From a bacterium (GTDB lineage Bacteria; UBA8248), in assembly GCA_965213685.1 (NCBI GenBank), contig CBDBZY010000024.1, positions 1-64,000 of the forward strand: DNA of 64,000 nucleotides, read 5' to 3'. The notes under the pieces were generated by a model, which searched no databases, was not told the origin of the DNA, and saw only the letters and a program-made list of their open reading frames with translations. The first letter of the stretch is position 1. The number at the start of each line of letters is the position of its first letter. Both the position numbers and the translations under genes were made by a program. Shown in pieces: positions 1 through 11,906 of the stretch.

Positions 1-1050
1 CCCGCCTCGCGCGGACCGGGGCAGGCCTCGGGGTGATGCTGCACGCTGAAGACCTTGGGCGCGTCCGCCCGCAGCCCCTCGCACGTCCGATCGTTCAGGG
101 AGGAGTGCGTGACGGCGACGCCGGCGGGCAGGCTCTCGGGGTCCACGGCGAACGAGTGGTTCTGGGAGGTGATGTCCACCTTTTTCGTGGCCGCGTCCTG
201 GACGGGGTGGTTCGCCCCGTGGTGGCCGAATTTCAGCTTGTAGGTCTTCCCGCCCAGAGCCTGCGCTAGGATTTGGTGCCCGAGACAGATGCCCACGACG
301 GGAGCCTGGCCGAGGATGCGCCGGACGCTCTCGACGACGTAGCCGAGTGCCGCCGGGTCGCCCGGGCCGTTCGACAAGAAGACGGCGGCCGGCTTGCGGG
401 CGAGGACGCTGTCAGCCGCCTCGGACGCCGGCACGACTTCCAGGTCGAACCTGCGGCTGAGCTCCCGAAATATGTTGTCCTTGGCTCCGAGGTCATAGGC
501 GACGCAAAGCGGGCGGCCCTTGCGCTCGCCATAGGGGTGCGCGGCGTCGCACGTCACGTCTTTCACCATGTCGCGCCCGTCGAGCCCCGGGCTCGCCTTG
601 GCGCGTTCGACGAGGCGCCGCTCGTCCAAATCCCTCGAGGAGAGGACGGCGCGCAGAGCGCCCGCCTCCCGGATGTGGCGCGTGAGCGCGCGGGTATCGA
701 CGCCCTCCAGCCCCGGAACGCCCTCTTCTTTCAGGTAGGAATCCAGGTCGCCGCGCGCCCCGGAAATTGCTGTGGCGCCTGCAAACCTCCTTGACGATGA
801 ACGCCTCGACCCAGACGCGGTCGGATTCCCCGTCCCCGGGGATGACGCCGTAGTTCCCGATGTGGGGATAGGTCATGACCACCATCTGTCCGTGGTAGGA
901 GGGGTCGGTGAGCACTTCCTGGTAGCCCGTCATGGCCGTGTTGAAGACGACCTCCCCCTCGGCGTCCACATCCGCCCCGAAACCTCGGCCTCGGAAGATT
1001 CCGCCATCCTCCAGGGCCAGGATCGCTGGTCTGGCGCTTCGACCTCTCAC
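1..1050 (-). CDS. carA: carbamoyl-phosphate synthase small subunit (frameshifted near 740-770; runs off left end)
   Basis: [21 protein letters not shown]...TYPHIGNYG; downstream frame has [40 protein letters not shown] start overlaps pyrC stop (GTGA). Confidence 0.93.
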
Positions 1051-2376
1051 GGGGTGAGCGCCTCCCGCGCGAAGATTTGCAGTTCGCCGCCGAGCCGGCT
1101 CATCCGCAAATTCCCCGCGACGACCGTAGCCACGGCGCATCCCGTGAGCCTCCAGCCGACAAAGGGGGTGTTTCTGCCGCGACTCTCGAAATTGTCCGGG
1201 TCGACGACCACCTCGCGCCCGGGGGTCGAGTATCGTCACGTCACCGGGCGCGCCCTCCCGCAAGGTGCCGTACGGCAGGCCCAGTACCTCGCACGGGCCG
1301 GTGGTGAATTTCGCGATCATCTCGGGCAGCGTGAGCACCCCCCCGCCCACCAGCCTGTCCATCGCCAGGGACACGGCCGTCTCCAACCCGACGACGCCAA
1401 ACGGCACGGCGTCGAACTCCCGCTGGGGTCTCCGCCTCGTAGTGAGGGGCGTGGTCCGAAGCGATGACGGAGATGGCCCCGTCCTTCAGGCCTTCGAGGA
1501 GCGCGCGCCTGTGCCCCGCATCGCGAAGCGGAGGCGCCATCTTCGCGGAGGAGTCGAACCCCTGAATCGCCTCATCCGTCAGGGAAAAATGGTGCGGCGT
1601 CGCCTCCCCCGTCACGCGGAGGCCGCGCGCCTTCGCCTCGCGAACCAGCTCCACCGCGCCGGCGGAAGACAGGTGCAGGATGTGGAGCCTGCCTCCCGTC
1701 AACTCGGCCAGGCGGATGTCCCGATAGACGCATATATCCTCGCTGGCCGCCGGGTTCCCGGCCAGGCCGAGCATGGTGGACGTCCTGCCCTCGTTCATCA
1801 CCTTGCCGCCGGAGAGAGACGCATCCTCGGCGTGGTCGAGGGACGCTCACGCCCCAGCATGCCGGCGTACTCGAGGGCCGAGCGCATCAGCGCCGCCGTC
1901 CGGACCGGCACGCCATCGTCGCTGAAGGCCACCGCCCCGGCCTCTATCTGCTCGGCCATCTCGCTCAGCTCCTCTCCCTCCAGTCCCACGGAAACCGAAC
2001 CGACGGGAAACACGCGGCACGCGCCCACCTCGCGCGCGCGCTTGAGGATGCGCTCGGTGATCGAACTCGTATCGTTCACCGGGTCGGTATTCGCCATGCA
2101 CGCCACGCCGGTGAAGCCGCCCGGCGGCGGCGGCGCGGGTGCCACTCTCGATGTCCTCCTTGTACTCCTGGCCCGGCTCCCGGAAATGGACGTGCATGTC
2201 GATGAATCCGGGCGCCACGACGAGCCCCGAGGCGTCGAGGACTTCATCTCCGGCGCACGGGGGGTATGTCCTTGCCCCTGCGGGCGATTCTTCCCGCCTC
2301 GATCAGGGATGTCGCACGCCGCATCGACACCCTCGGCAGGGTCGATGAGGCGTCCCCCCTTAATGAGCAACGGCAT
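1047..2376 (-). CDS. pyrC: dihydroorotase (multiple apparent frameshifts)
   Basis: Fragments [64 protein letters not shown]; between pyrB and carA. Confidence 0.9.
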
Positions 2377-2379
2377 CGC

Positions 2380-3398
2380 GCGCCCCTCCCGCCCGCCGGC
2401 TCCGAGACGGCCGCAGCACCGCGCGCGGGTGCCGCTCCTCCCGGGGCCGCGTCCTTGCGCTCCTCCTCCCTCCTGCCCGAGAGGAGATAGAGAATCGCCA
2501 TCCGGCAGGCGACCCCGTATTCGACCTGCTCGAGGATGACGGAGAACGGGCCGTCGGCCACGTCCGGGGACATCTCCACGCCGCGGTTGATCGGCCCCGG
2601 GTGCATGATGAGCAAATCCCGCCTCGCCCCCCCGCAACCTTTTCTTCGTGATTCCATAGGTGCTGGCGTACTCCCGCGCGCTGGGGAAAGCGCTCCGGGC
2701 GCCTCTTTCGAGCTGAATTCTGAGGGCGATGAGAACGTCCGCTCCGTCAATCGCCTCATCCAGCCTCGTCGTCACGCGGGCGCCCAGGCACTCCGCCTCG
2801 GCGGGCAGCATGGTGGAGGGGCCGCAAAAGGTGACCTGCGCGCCGAGCTTCAAAAGCCCGGCCACGTTGGAGCGCGCCACGCGGCTATGCGCGATGTCGC
2901 CCACGATGGAAACGCGCAGGTCCCGAAACTTCCGCTTGTGCTCGCGAATGGTGTAGAGGTCGAGTAGCGCCTGCGTGGGATGCTCATGGCAGCCGTCGCC
3001 CGCGTTCACGACGGCGCACCCGAGCTCCCGGCCCAGATAGGAGGGCGCACCGGACGCCCAATGCCGAACGACGAGGACGTCGGTGGCCATCGCCTCAATG
3101 TTTCTGGCCGTATCCCGCAGGGTTTTCGCCCTTGCTCGCCGAGCTCGTGGAAATCGAGAGGTTGATCACGTCGGCGGAGAGGCCGCTTGCCCGCTATCTC
3201 GAACGAGGCGCGCGTTCTCGTGCTGTCCTCAAAGAACAGGTTGACGATGGTTTTGCCCCGGAGGGTGGGAACCTTCTTGACGTCGCGCTCGTTAATCTCG
3301 CGAAACGAATCCGTCTGGTCCAGAAGAAACGATATTTCCCCGGCAGTGAGTTCCCGGATCGAGAGCAAATTCTTTCTCCGGTAGGTCTCCGCGTTCAT
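2380..3398 (-). CDS. pyrB: aspartate carbamoyltransferase catalytic subunit (frameshifted; 3' end approximate)
   Basis: [53 protein letters not shown]. Confidence 0.93.
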
Positions 3399-3412
3399 AT
3401 CCTTTCCCCTCG

Positions 3413-3955
3413 TCAACGCCCCGATTCCCGGGAATGTTTGAAAACCGCGTCCTGCCCATCGGTTTCCTCCAGACGCACCCGCACGCCCTCATTCCGGAGC
3501 GCCTCGATGTTTTTCCCCACGAAATCGGCGCGAACGGGCAACTCCCGCCCTCCCCTGTCCACCAAAATGGCGAGCCGCACCCGGCGGGGCCGCCCGAAGC
3601 CGACGAGGGCGGCCAGGGCGGGCGCGCACCGTCCGGCCGGTGTAGAGCACATCGTCCACGAGAATGACGTCCTTGTCCGCGCACGAGAACGGAAGGGTCC
3701 GTTCTCTGGAGCTTGGTCCGCACGCCGCCGCCCTGGTTCAGGTCGTCCCGATACAGCGTGACGTCCAGTGCGCCCAAAAGCGGGCGGACGCCCACCAGGG
3801 AGTGAATCTCCCCGGCCAGCCTCTCCGCGAGGGGGGTACCCCCGCGTCCGGATGCCGATGAGCACCAGGGCCGAGATGTCCGCCGTCCGCTCGACAATCT
3901 CGTGCGACAGGCGCCTCAAGGTGCGTCTCAACTGCTCAGCGTCGAGTTGCTTCAT
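3413..3955 (-). CDS. pyrR: bifunctional pyr operon regulator/uracil phosphoribosyltransferase (frameshifted)
   Basis: [45 protein letters not shown]; first gene of the pyr operon. Confidence 0.9.
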   Translation of the reverse strand: MKQLDAEQLRRTLRRLSHEIVERTADISALVLIGIRTRGYPPRGEAGRGDSLPGGRPPAFGRTGRHAVSGRPEPGRRRADQAPENGPFRSRARTRTSFSWTMCSTPAGRCAPALAALVGFGRPRRVRLAILVDRGGRELPVRADFVGKNIEALRNEGVRVRLEETDGQDAVFKHSRESGR

Positions 3956-4004
3956 CGCAGGATGGCGCCTGGCGGGCGGGCGGCGGCGCGTGGAGGCGGG
4001 GGAC

Positions 4005-4039
4005 AAAAAAAAAACTTCATGCCCCCAAGGGCATGAAGT
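4005..4039 (-). terminator. intrinsic terminator of the pyr attenuator
   Basis: 11-bp perfect stem acttcatgccc/gggcatgaagt with 4-nt loop, followed on the minus strand by a long U-run, just upstream of pyrR. Confidence 0.88.
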
Positions 4040-4080
4040 CCGAGCGACGGGGAGGGGAAATCCAGGCATCCGCGCTTCCT

Positions 4081-4112
4081 CCTTTGCCGCCTCGCGGGAC
4101 GGCTTTAAAGGG
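4081..4112 (-). promoter_or_regulatory. PyrR-binding RNA loop (anti-antiterminator)
   Basis: Minus strand reads CCCUUUAAAGCCGUCCCGCGAGGCGGCAAAGG, matching the CUUUAA...GUCCnGnGAGG...AAAGG PyrR consensus. Confidence 0.85.
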
Positions 4113-4230
4113 GGACTCTTCCCTGCGATGACATTCGCACTCTGATGCGGGCACGGCCACAACCGAACCGCACCGTCCCATTCCCCCGCGAACCCTAGCC
4201 AATCTTTCCCCGTCCGGGGCAAGTGGGGAT

Positions 4231-4549
4231 TCAGGCGCGCTTCAGGAAATCCATCGGCGCCCCTGCAGCTTTCCCCGACCTCATCGGCGAGGCGAACGGA
4301 CTCCTCGAGCACCTCGAACATCTCCGGGGCGTCTTTTTTTCGGCGGATGGCGCTCCGCCTCGCCCAGCACGCGAATTCGGCAAGGTCCTGTTCGCAAGCC
4401 GCAGGCTCAGCACGTCCCCCCACCTCTACCCGGCAGGAGGCCTTCGCCGCTTTCCCCTCGATATGGACGGCCCCTCCATCCGCCAGGCGCTTGGCGAGAG
4501 GCCGGCGCTTCACCAGGCGGCTGTAGCGCAGGAACTGATCCAGACGCAT
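4231..4549 (-). CDS. RNA-binding S4 domain protein (Hsp15/RqcP-like; frameshifted)
   Basis: [44 protein letters not shown]. Confidence 0.8.
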
Positions 4550-4563
4550 CTTCCCGCCGCCCG

Positions 4564-6078
4564 TCATTGGGTGATCTCCTTCGGGTCCGCCACGATGCTG
4601 CGCGTATTCTGCACCTCTACCTCGAACTCGAGCTGCGCGGCTTTGGTGTCGGTCTCCAATGCGATTCTCGCCTTCTCCGCCCCGGCGCTCGCCTGGAGCG
4701 CATGCGCCGCCTTCATCATGTCCGCAAAACCCACCTTCCCGATATAGGAATCAGGGAACAGGTACCGATGGCTGAACAGGTAGATGCTCGCCGAGGGGGT
4801 CCGGATTGACGAACGACCGCTGCGTCGGGGCCAGCGCGCCGATCTCATCCTTGCCCAAGGTGTGCTTATCGTCCACCCTCAGTCTGTCGGATTTCCAGCG
4901 CGGGCTTCTCTGATGCGCCCCGTACGTCCAGAAGATTCTGTCCCGCCCGAGCAGTCCCCTAGACTCGCGGAGCCGGATTCGCACGAGGTGAAAGGTCACC
5001 TGCTCGCGGACGTCCTTGAAAATGGAGGCCAGCCCGCCGCCCGAAGCCTTGGGATCATAGTGAATCTCCAGAAAGGCGGTTCGCTTGAGCTCCGCTATCC
5101 ACTCCCGGCGCCTCTTGGCGAACTTGGCGGAATACAGCTTGTTGCGAATCTTGCCCGCCACGCGGTCGAGGGGAATCAGCTTCCCCGGCTCCACCTTCTC
5201 GACGTGGATGACATGAAAACCCACCCTCGTTCTCACCGGCTGGCTTGTCTCGCCCTGTTTCGTAGAGAAAATGAGTTGCTCCAGCTCCGGGAAAACCTCG
5301 CCCTTCTTCAGCGTGCCCAGCGATCCGCCCCGGCTTCTGGTGGGGCCCCCTCGGAACGCTCCCGCGCCACCTGCGCAAAATCCGCGCCAGGCTGCATGGC
5401 CCGCGCGTGCGCAAGCGCCGCCTTTTTGCGCTGGGCCTCTATCTCCACAGGGGCGGCGCCCTTGGCGAGGGGGAAGAAAATTTGCCGGACCGTCCTCTCC
5501 TCGTCCTCCCGGTAGTCGTCGGCGTGGGCGCTGTGATAATCCGCGATTTCCTGCTCCCCCACCGTAACGCGCACGCCGACTTCCATGCCCGCCACCCTTC
5601 GGGTCAGCAGCCTCTTGCGGATGTCCTCGCGATACTTCTCGAGCGTCACGCCCTGCGTGGACAAAAAATTGCGCAACCCGGCCGTGGTAATTTTGTTCTC
5701 TCGCAGCACGACCGCGATGGCGTTTTCCACCTCTTTCTCATCGACCTTCACCTGGAGAGCGGCGGCGCGCTGCAATATGAGCTTGTTCTCGATCAGGATG
5801 TCCAGCAGCTCCAGCTCCAGTTCGCGCATGCGCCGATTCAGCTCGGCGCCCTCGTGGTTCTTCCTCAGATTGTCAACGCCCGGCTTCGCCAAATCCTGCA
5901 GATCGGAAAGCGTGATGATCTCGTCGTTCACCTTGGCGATGATCCTGTCGATGGTCACGGCGGCCGACATCGCCTGTTGCGGGCGCTCCCGCCAGCGCCC
6001 AGAGGAGCATCCCCAACGCGCAAAAAACGCTTAGCCGTGGCGAAGCATCTTCCCGATTTCTCCAATCATGGTGATCAT
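4564..6078 (-). CDS. SurA/PrsA-like peptidylprolyl isomerase with long C-terminal extension (frameshifted; start approximate)
   Basis: [18 protein letters not shown] (SurA N-domain), [13 protein letters not shown] and [12 protein letters not shown] (parvulin), [13 protein letters not shown]; directly downstream of mfd. Confidence 0.8.
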
Positions 6079-6099
6079 GGTGAATTTTCGCATTTTCCC

Positions 6100-9000
6100 T
6101 CAAAAAAGCTTCCCGAGCGGCCAAGCGTTCAATGGCGCGCGCCTCACGCTTCCCTCCGCCGCCAGCTCATCCTCGGACACCTTGCACATCTCCAGAGCAT
6201 CCAGAACTTGAACGAGAAAGTCAAAATCCTCCGGCCAACGCCCGCTGATTTTCGCGCGAAAAGCATGGGTGTCGGTGAAAACCATGCCCGGCATGTCCAG
6301 AAAGGCGGCCGTCAGTTCGTAGTCTCCGGGGAAGGCCTCCAGATGCGCCTCTTTCCCTCGAACGTGGAGAGACTTGATGCCGCAAAGGCGCGCGCGCAAC
6401 CGGATCTCCCCCAGCTGGAGAAGGTGGGCGGCGCGCGGCGGCATCTCTCCGAACTTGTCTCGCAGCTCGACCGCCAGTTCCCTGATCTCGGCGGGCAGCC
6501 GCGCCGACGCGATTCTGCGATATACCTCCAGGCGATCCGCCTGGGCGGGAATCCAGGAGGGAGGTTAGCGTGCCCGTCACCGGCGCGATTATCTCGGGCT
6601 CGCGCCGCTCGGCGGTCTCGCCTTTCGTCTCCTGGACGACTTCCTCCAGCAGCCGGCAATACATGTCGAACCCCACGGACGCGATTTGCCCCGATTGCCG
6701 GCGCCCCAGCAGATGCCCGGCCCCGCGAATCTCCAGGTCGCGCATGGCCAGCTTGAAGCCGCCCCCCCAGCTCGCTCAGCTCCTCGAGGGGCCATCAGCC
6801 GCTTCTTCGCCTGATCCGTCAAGGAGCCGGAGCCCCGAGACCAGCAGGTAGGCGTGTGCCTGGAACCTGTCGCGCCCCACCCGGCCGCGCAGCTGGTAGA
6901 GCTGCGCCATGCCGAACATATCCGCCCGGTGGATCATGATAGTGTTCACCGAGGGAATGTCGAGGCCGCTTTCGATGATCGTCGTGCAGAGCAGGATGTC
7001 GGCCCGGCGGGTCACGAACTGCTCCATCACCTCTTCCAGTGCCCTCTCCTTCATCTGGCCGTGGCCCACCAGAATCCGCGCGTCCGGCACCAGGCGCGCG
7101 AGCAGCCGGCGCATGGAGGGAAGGCTGCTCACCCGGTTGTGCACGAAAAACACCTGTCCCCCCCGGTCGATTTCCTTCGTGATGGCCTCCTTGATCAGCT
7201 TTTCGCTAAATCGGGATATGTAGGTGCGCGGGGCCAGCCTGTGGAGGGGGGGCGTTTCGATGACGCTCAAATCGCGCGTGCCGGAGAGTGCCATCTGCAA
7301 GGTTCTGGGGATGGGCGTGGCGGTCAGCGTGAGAACGTCCACGTTGACGCGAATCTTTTTGATCTTCTCCTTGTGGGCCACGCCGAAACGATGCTCCTCG
7401 TCGATGATCAAAAGCCCCAAATCCTGGAACGACACGTCTTTTTGCAGCAGCCGGTGGGTGCCGACGACGATGTCCAAGCCCCCCCCAGAGAGCTCCTCCA
7501 CCACCGCGCTCTGCTCCTTTTTGCTTCGGAAGCGCGACAGCATCTCGACGCGAACGGGCAGCGGCTCAAAGCGCTTGCGAAAGGTTTCCCAGTGCTGGTG
7601 CGCCAGCAGCGTCGTCGGCACGATGACGGCCACCTGCTTGCCGGCGGAAACGGCCCGGGCGGCGGCCCGGAGAGCCACCTCCGTCTTGCCGTATCCCACG
7701 TCCCCGCAAACGAGGCGATCCATCGGCCGGGAGCGCTCCATATCCTCCAGGACGGCGCGAATGGCCTGATCCTGATCGGGCGTTTCCTCGAACTCGAAGC
7801 CGGCGGATATTTCCTGATCAAACGCTCCGTCGCCCGAGAACGCATGGCCGGGGGCGACGCTTCGATCAGAGTAGAGGCGCACCAGGTCGCGCGCGATTCC
7901 CCGAAGCGATTTCTTGACATTTCTCTTCGTCCTGCTCCAACGGCCTCCCCCCAGCCTGTCCAGAGGCGGCGGGGTGCCCGCGCCGCGATACTTGTGGACG
8001 CGATCGACGGCATCCATCGGAACATACAGCCTGTCGCTGCCCGCGTACTGCAAAGTCAAAAACTCGCTTTCCCCATCCTGATGCTCGATGACGCGCGCCC
8101 CCATGTAGCGGCCGACGCCATGCTCCTCGTGCACCACCAAATCCTTCTCGCGCAAGTCCTTGAGGCCCTCGCCAGGCTTCGATCGCGCGACTCGGGGGGA
8201 GGCCCTCCCCGAAGCGCCGACCAGCAAGTCCTCCGCGCGAAAGAAAATCCTTCTCTCCCGGGGCAACCGAAAGCTCGCGCCGAGCCGGCCCTCGACCAAA
8301 ACAACGTCGGGACGCTCATCCACCAGGGAAACGCCGCGCGGCAAAATCTCCACGCCCAGCTCATGTTCGCGCAGCAGGGACTGTACCCGCAGGGCGAGGG
8401 TCTTCTCCTCCGCCACGATGACGACGCTCTCGTCTTCTGCACGCCAGGAGCGCAGCTGGAGGACGAACGCCTCCAGCCGTCCGCGGAAGGGATGGACGCC
8501 CTCCGCGCGAAGGGACTCGCCTTCCCCCGGCTCCTCCTCGGGGCCTGCGGCGTCGAGCGCCAGGGAATGGAACTCGAGGCGCGGCCAGATGGATAACTCT
8601 TCCCGAATCTCGTCCGGAGCGAGCCATAACCGCTCCGGTGCGAAGGAGATGAGACCCCGCTCGGGTGCCAGACGCGACTCCTCGTTCACCTCATTCCACA
8701 ACCGCGCCATCGCCTCGTCCAGATTTTCCACCTCATTCAGAATCCACAGCGCATCGCCGGGGACGACGTCGAACAACGTTTTCATCTCCGGCAAGAACAT
8801 CGGCGCCAGCCCCTCGATGCCGGAGAAATATCTCTCCGCGTCCAAATGCTCGACGAGACGCTCGACTCTCGGCCGCGTCTCGGGTCCGGCGGCCTCCCAA
8901 AGAGCGCGGCGGCCATTTTCCAGCTCCTCCGCCGAGAAGATCATCTCCTTCGACGGGAAAACCTCGACGCTCTGTCGCACCGCCAGATTGCGTTGCGTCT

Positions 9001-9613
9001 GTGGATGAAAATCCCGCAGGGAATCGAGCTCGTCCCCCCGAAACTCCAGGCGGATCGGATACGCGCTCTGGGGGGAGAAGAAATCCAGGATGCCGCCCCT
9101 GACCGCATATTCTCCGGGGGACTCCACCAACGACCTTCTCTGATACAGCAATGATTCGAGCGCACCCACGAGCGCGTCCCGCTCCATCGCCGCCCCCTCG
9201 CGCAAGGGAATCACCGCGTCATCGATCCGCTCGGGCGGAGGCACCCGCATCCCCATCGCCGCCGCCGCCGCCAAGACGACGCCCCGCTCCCCCCGGCGCA
9301 AAAACCGCAGCGCGGACATCCTCTTGCCGACGACTTCGCTGGAGGGGGACAACCTCGAGAAGGGATACGCATCCCACGCAGGAAAGCCCAGCACCGGCAG
9401 AAAGCCCCGCGCACCCGGAGTGCCGACGAACAGCCTCGCGTTCGCCTCGATCGTCTGGAGACGACGCGGATCCTCCTCCACAAAAACAACGGGCCTGGGG
9501 TTCTCGCGCGCTATGCGGACGATCCACCAGGCGATGACGGCCTCGCTCGCACCCCGCAGACGCACGCGCGTCCTCCCCTCGGGCGTCGGAGACGGCAAGA
9601 GAGCTCTATCCAT
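6100..9613 (-). CDS. mfd: transcription-repair coupling factor (frameshifts near 6830 and 6560)
   Basis: [71 protein letters not shown]. Confidence 0.96.
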
Positions 9614-9731
9614 CGCGCGAGGGTTCAGGGCTCGATTTTGATGATGGCGATTGGAAAGGTCCGGCAGTGCGGAAGAAAAACGGGGCGGGGCGTCTCGGCT
9701 CGCATCGCATCAGAATCCTCGGCGCGGGCCT

Positions 9732-10880
9732 TTAATTCAGAGACTTTTTGGTGATGACGAAATCCCTCAGCACATTGGAGGGGCTGGAGGGCAGTGGAAT
9801 GTCGGTGCCGTTCAGGGATACCTGCGTTCCCGCCACGTTTCCGACGGTGAGTGCGAAGCTCTCCGACGCGCGCCAATTCTTCTCGTTCCCGGCCTGCAGC
9901 AGAATATCCTCCTGGGTGTCCTTGTCCATCTTCACGCGCAACCACGTGTCTTCTTTCGCAAAAATCTTCAGCGTCAGGGGAGGCGCCGAGGCCGAGGCGA
10001 GAGGCCGCTGTTCTTGCGGCTCTTCCTGCGGCGCATTTTCCGCCTCCGAAACGGGGCGACTCTCCTCCGCAGATCGAACCTCCCGGTCCGACGGATTCTC
10101 CGCCGCCACGGGGCTCGCCTGAGGGAGCGCGGGGCGGTGCTCCTCGGTCGGGGAAACGCCTTCGGGCGCAAGGCGCGCTGCCGCATCATCCGGGGGTTTG
10201 CTCAAACGCACGGTCGAGGCGGGAGAGCGGGATGGGTCCGCCGCCTTCTCCTCCCCCTCCTCCCCGACCGCGTTCTCCACGTCCACATTCTCCACGCCAT
10301 CCACTTCCGGTGCGACTTCATGGCCTGCGTTGCCGCCCTCCTCCTTGCCGTTCAAGCTTTCTTCAAACGGAGGAGGCGCGCTTTCCGTGCCGATGACCGC
10401 CTTCTGGATTCTGGCGACGATGGAGCCCACCGGAACGAACTCGCTCGTTTTCCCCTTCATAAACCAGAGAAGCCCGCCGCTGGCGAGGAGAAAGAGGGAT
10501 ACGGCGACGACGGATACGGCGGATTTGATGCGATTTTCCTGGGAAGTGGCGTTGAAGGGCGCCCCTTGCCGGGACATCGACTCATGCGCATCCAACGGGA
10601 ACTTGCCCGTGGTTTCCCGCTCATAGAGCGTGGTTGCGACATTGAGGTCCACGCCGACCGCATCCGCAAAAGCCCTGACAAATCCCAGACCCACCGGGCC
10701 GGCCGGCAAGCGATCAAAGGCGCCTTTTTCGATATGCTCGAGATAGTATGTTCTGATTCGCGTGTGATCGGATATGGAGCGAAGCGATACGCCGCTGGCC
10801 TCGCGCGCGCTCCGAAGGTAAGGCCCCAGACCCTCTTCCGCTATCCGCGCTATGATTTTCGGGTCGGTGTTTTCCGCCAT
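9732..10880 (-). CDS. RodZ-like protein (HTH, TM helix, low-complexity linker, DUF4115-like C-domain)
   Basis: LGPYLRSAREASGVSL...TRIRTYYLEHIEKGAFDRLP...GFVRAFA; one TM segment; C-terminal TWLRV...LTVGNVAG. Confidence 0.85.
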   Translation of the reverse strand: MAENTDPKIIARIAEEGLGPYLRSAREASGVSLRSISDHTRIRTYYLEHIEKGAFDRLPAGPVGLGFVRAFADAVGVDLNVATTLYERETTGKFPLDAHESMSRQGAPFNATSQENRIKSAVSVVAVSLFLLASGGLLWFMKGKTSEFVPVGSIVARIQKAVIGTESAPPPFEESLNGKEEGGNAGHEVAPEVDGVENVDVENAVGEEGEEKAADPSRSPASTVRLSKPPDDAAARLAPEGVSPTEEHRPALPQASPVAAENPSDREVRSAEESRPVSEAENAPQEEPQEQRPLASASAPPLTLKIFAKEDTWLRVKMDKDTQEDILLQAGNEKNWRASESFALTVGNVAGTQVSLNGTDIPLPSSPSNVLRDFVITKKSLN

Positions 10881-11037
10881 CCACCCTATCTCGGCAAAAT
10901 TCAGCAAGATACTCCCGGGCGATCGTGGAGAGCGAGTATATAGAATGAACCATGCGGGCGTCAACCTCTAAAAGGCGACGCCCTCCCCTTTTGCCGTCAG
11001 AAATCACGCGCAGCACCTGGCCGCGAGGCGGTTCTGG

Positions 11038-11904
11038 CTACATCATGGAGAGAATCAGGGGCGTCACATGACAGATGCTCGGATTCGCGGCGTCGGGGAG
11101 GCGGTCTTCCGCGTGTTTGCCGTATAGCAATATCGGGACGGGGTTCTTCGTGTGGGAGGACGTTCCGACGTCCTCCACGTTGCCGTGATCGCTGCTCAGG
11201 ATGAACGTATCCTCCTCTGCGTCCATATGCCGCAACGCGGCCCGCAAAAACCGGTTCAAATCCGCCAGCACCTCCCGGGCGTCCTCCGCACTCCCGCGGT
11301 GCCCGACGTGATCGGTATGAAAAAACTCATACACCAACAAATCCGTTGTTCTCGCCAGTTTCCCGAGACGGCCGCCCGCCTCCTCGGCATCGAGTATCCC
11401 CACTCCGTGGCCCTGCGCGGACGCGGCGCGGTTCGTGTAGTCCCGATAGACGGCCCTGCCCGCGACGAGGTCGCCGAGGCGATTCAGGGCGATTCCCGCG
11501 CTCTCGGCCATCACCGTGGTCACGGAACGCCTGCGGCTCCTGCGGCGGGCGAAAAAAGGAGGCGTATACGCGTTGGCGAACCCGACGCTGGCCCCCCGCT
11601 CGCGGGCGCGCCTGAGGAGGCCGTTCCGGCAGATGATGCGGCGCAGCGCCGTATTCGGCAAGCCCTGGCGGTGTCCCCCCGCCGCCCTGGGCGCGTTCAC
11701 CCCCGTGAACAGCGCCGTCCCGCCGGTCGCGCTCTGGGGGACGCCCGCGACCCCAAGGCAGGCGTCGGCCTCGACAAGCCGGAAACCCTCCGCGCAGCGT
11801 CCGCACAGCAGTCCCAGCGGAGGCTCCCTCAAACCGGAGAGCGGATTGTCCGGCCCCGGCGGGGCGACGCCGAGGCCGTCCACGAAGACGAACAGGACGG
11901 ACAT
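11038..11904 (-). CDS. alkaline-phosphatase-superfamily metalloenzyme (phosphomutase-like)
   Basis: FVFVDGLG, PQSATG, TDHVGH, SSDHGNVED, HTKNPVP. Confidence 0.8.
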   Translation of the reverse strand: MSVLFVFVDGLGVAPPGPDNPLSGLREPPLGLLCGRCAEGFRLVEADACLGVAGVPQSATGGTALFTGVNAPRAAGGHRQGLPNTALRRIICRNGLLRRARERGASVGFANAYTPPFFARRRSRRRSVTTVMAESAGIALNRLGDLVAGRAVYRDYTNRAASAQGHGVGILDAEEAGGRLGKLARTTDLLVYEFFHTDHVGHRGSAEDAREVLADLNRFLRAALRHMDAEEDTFILSSDHGNVEDVGTSSHTKNPVPILLYGKHAEDRLPDAANPSICHVTPLILSMM

Positions 11905-11906
11905 GC

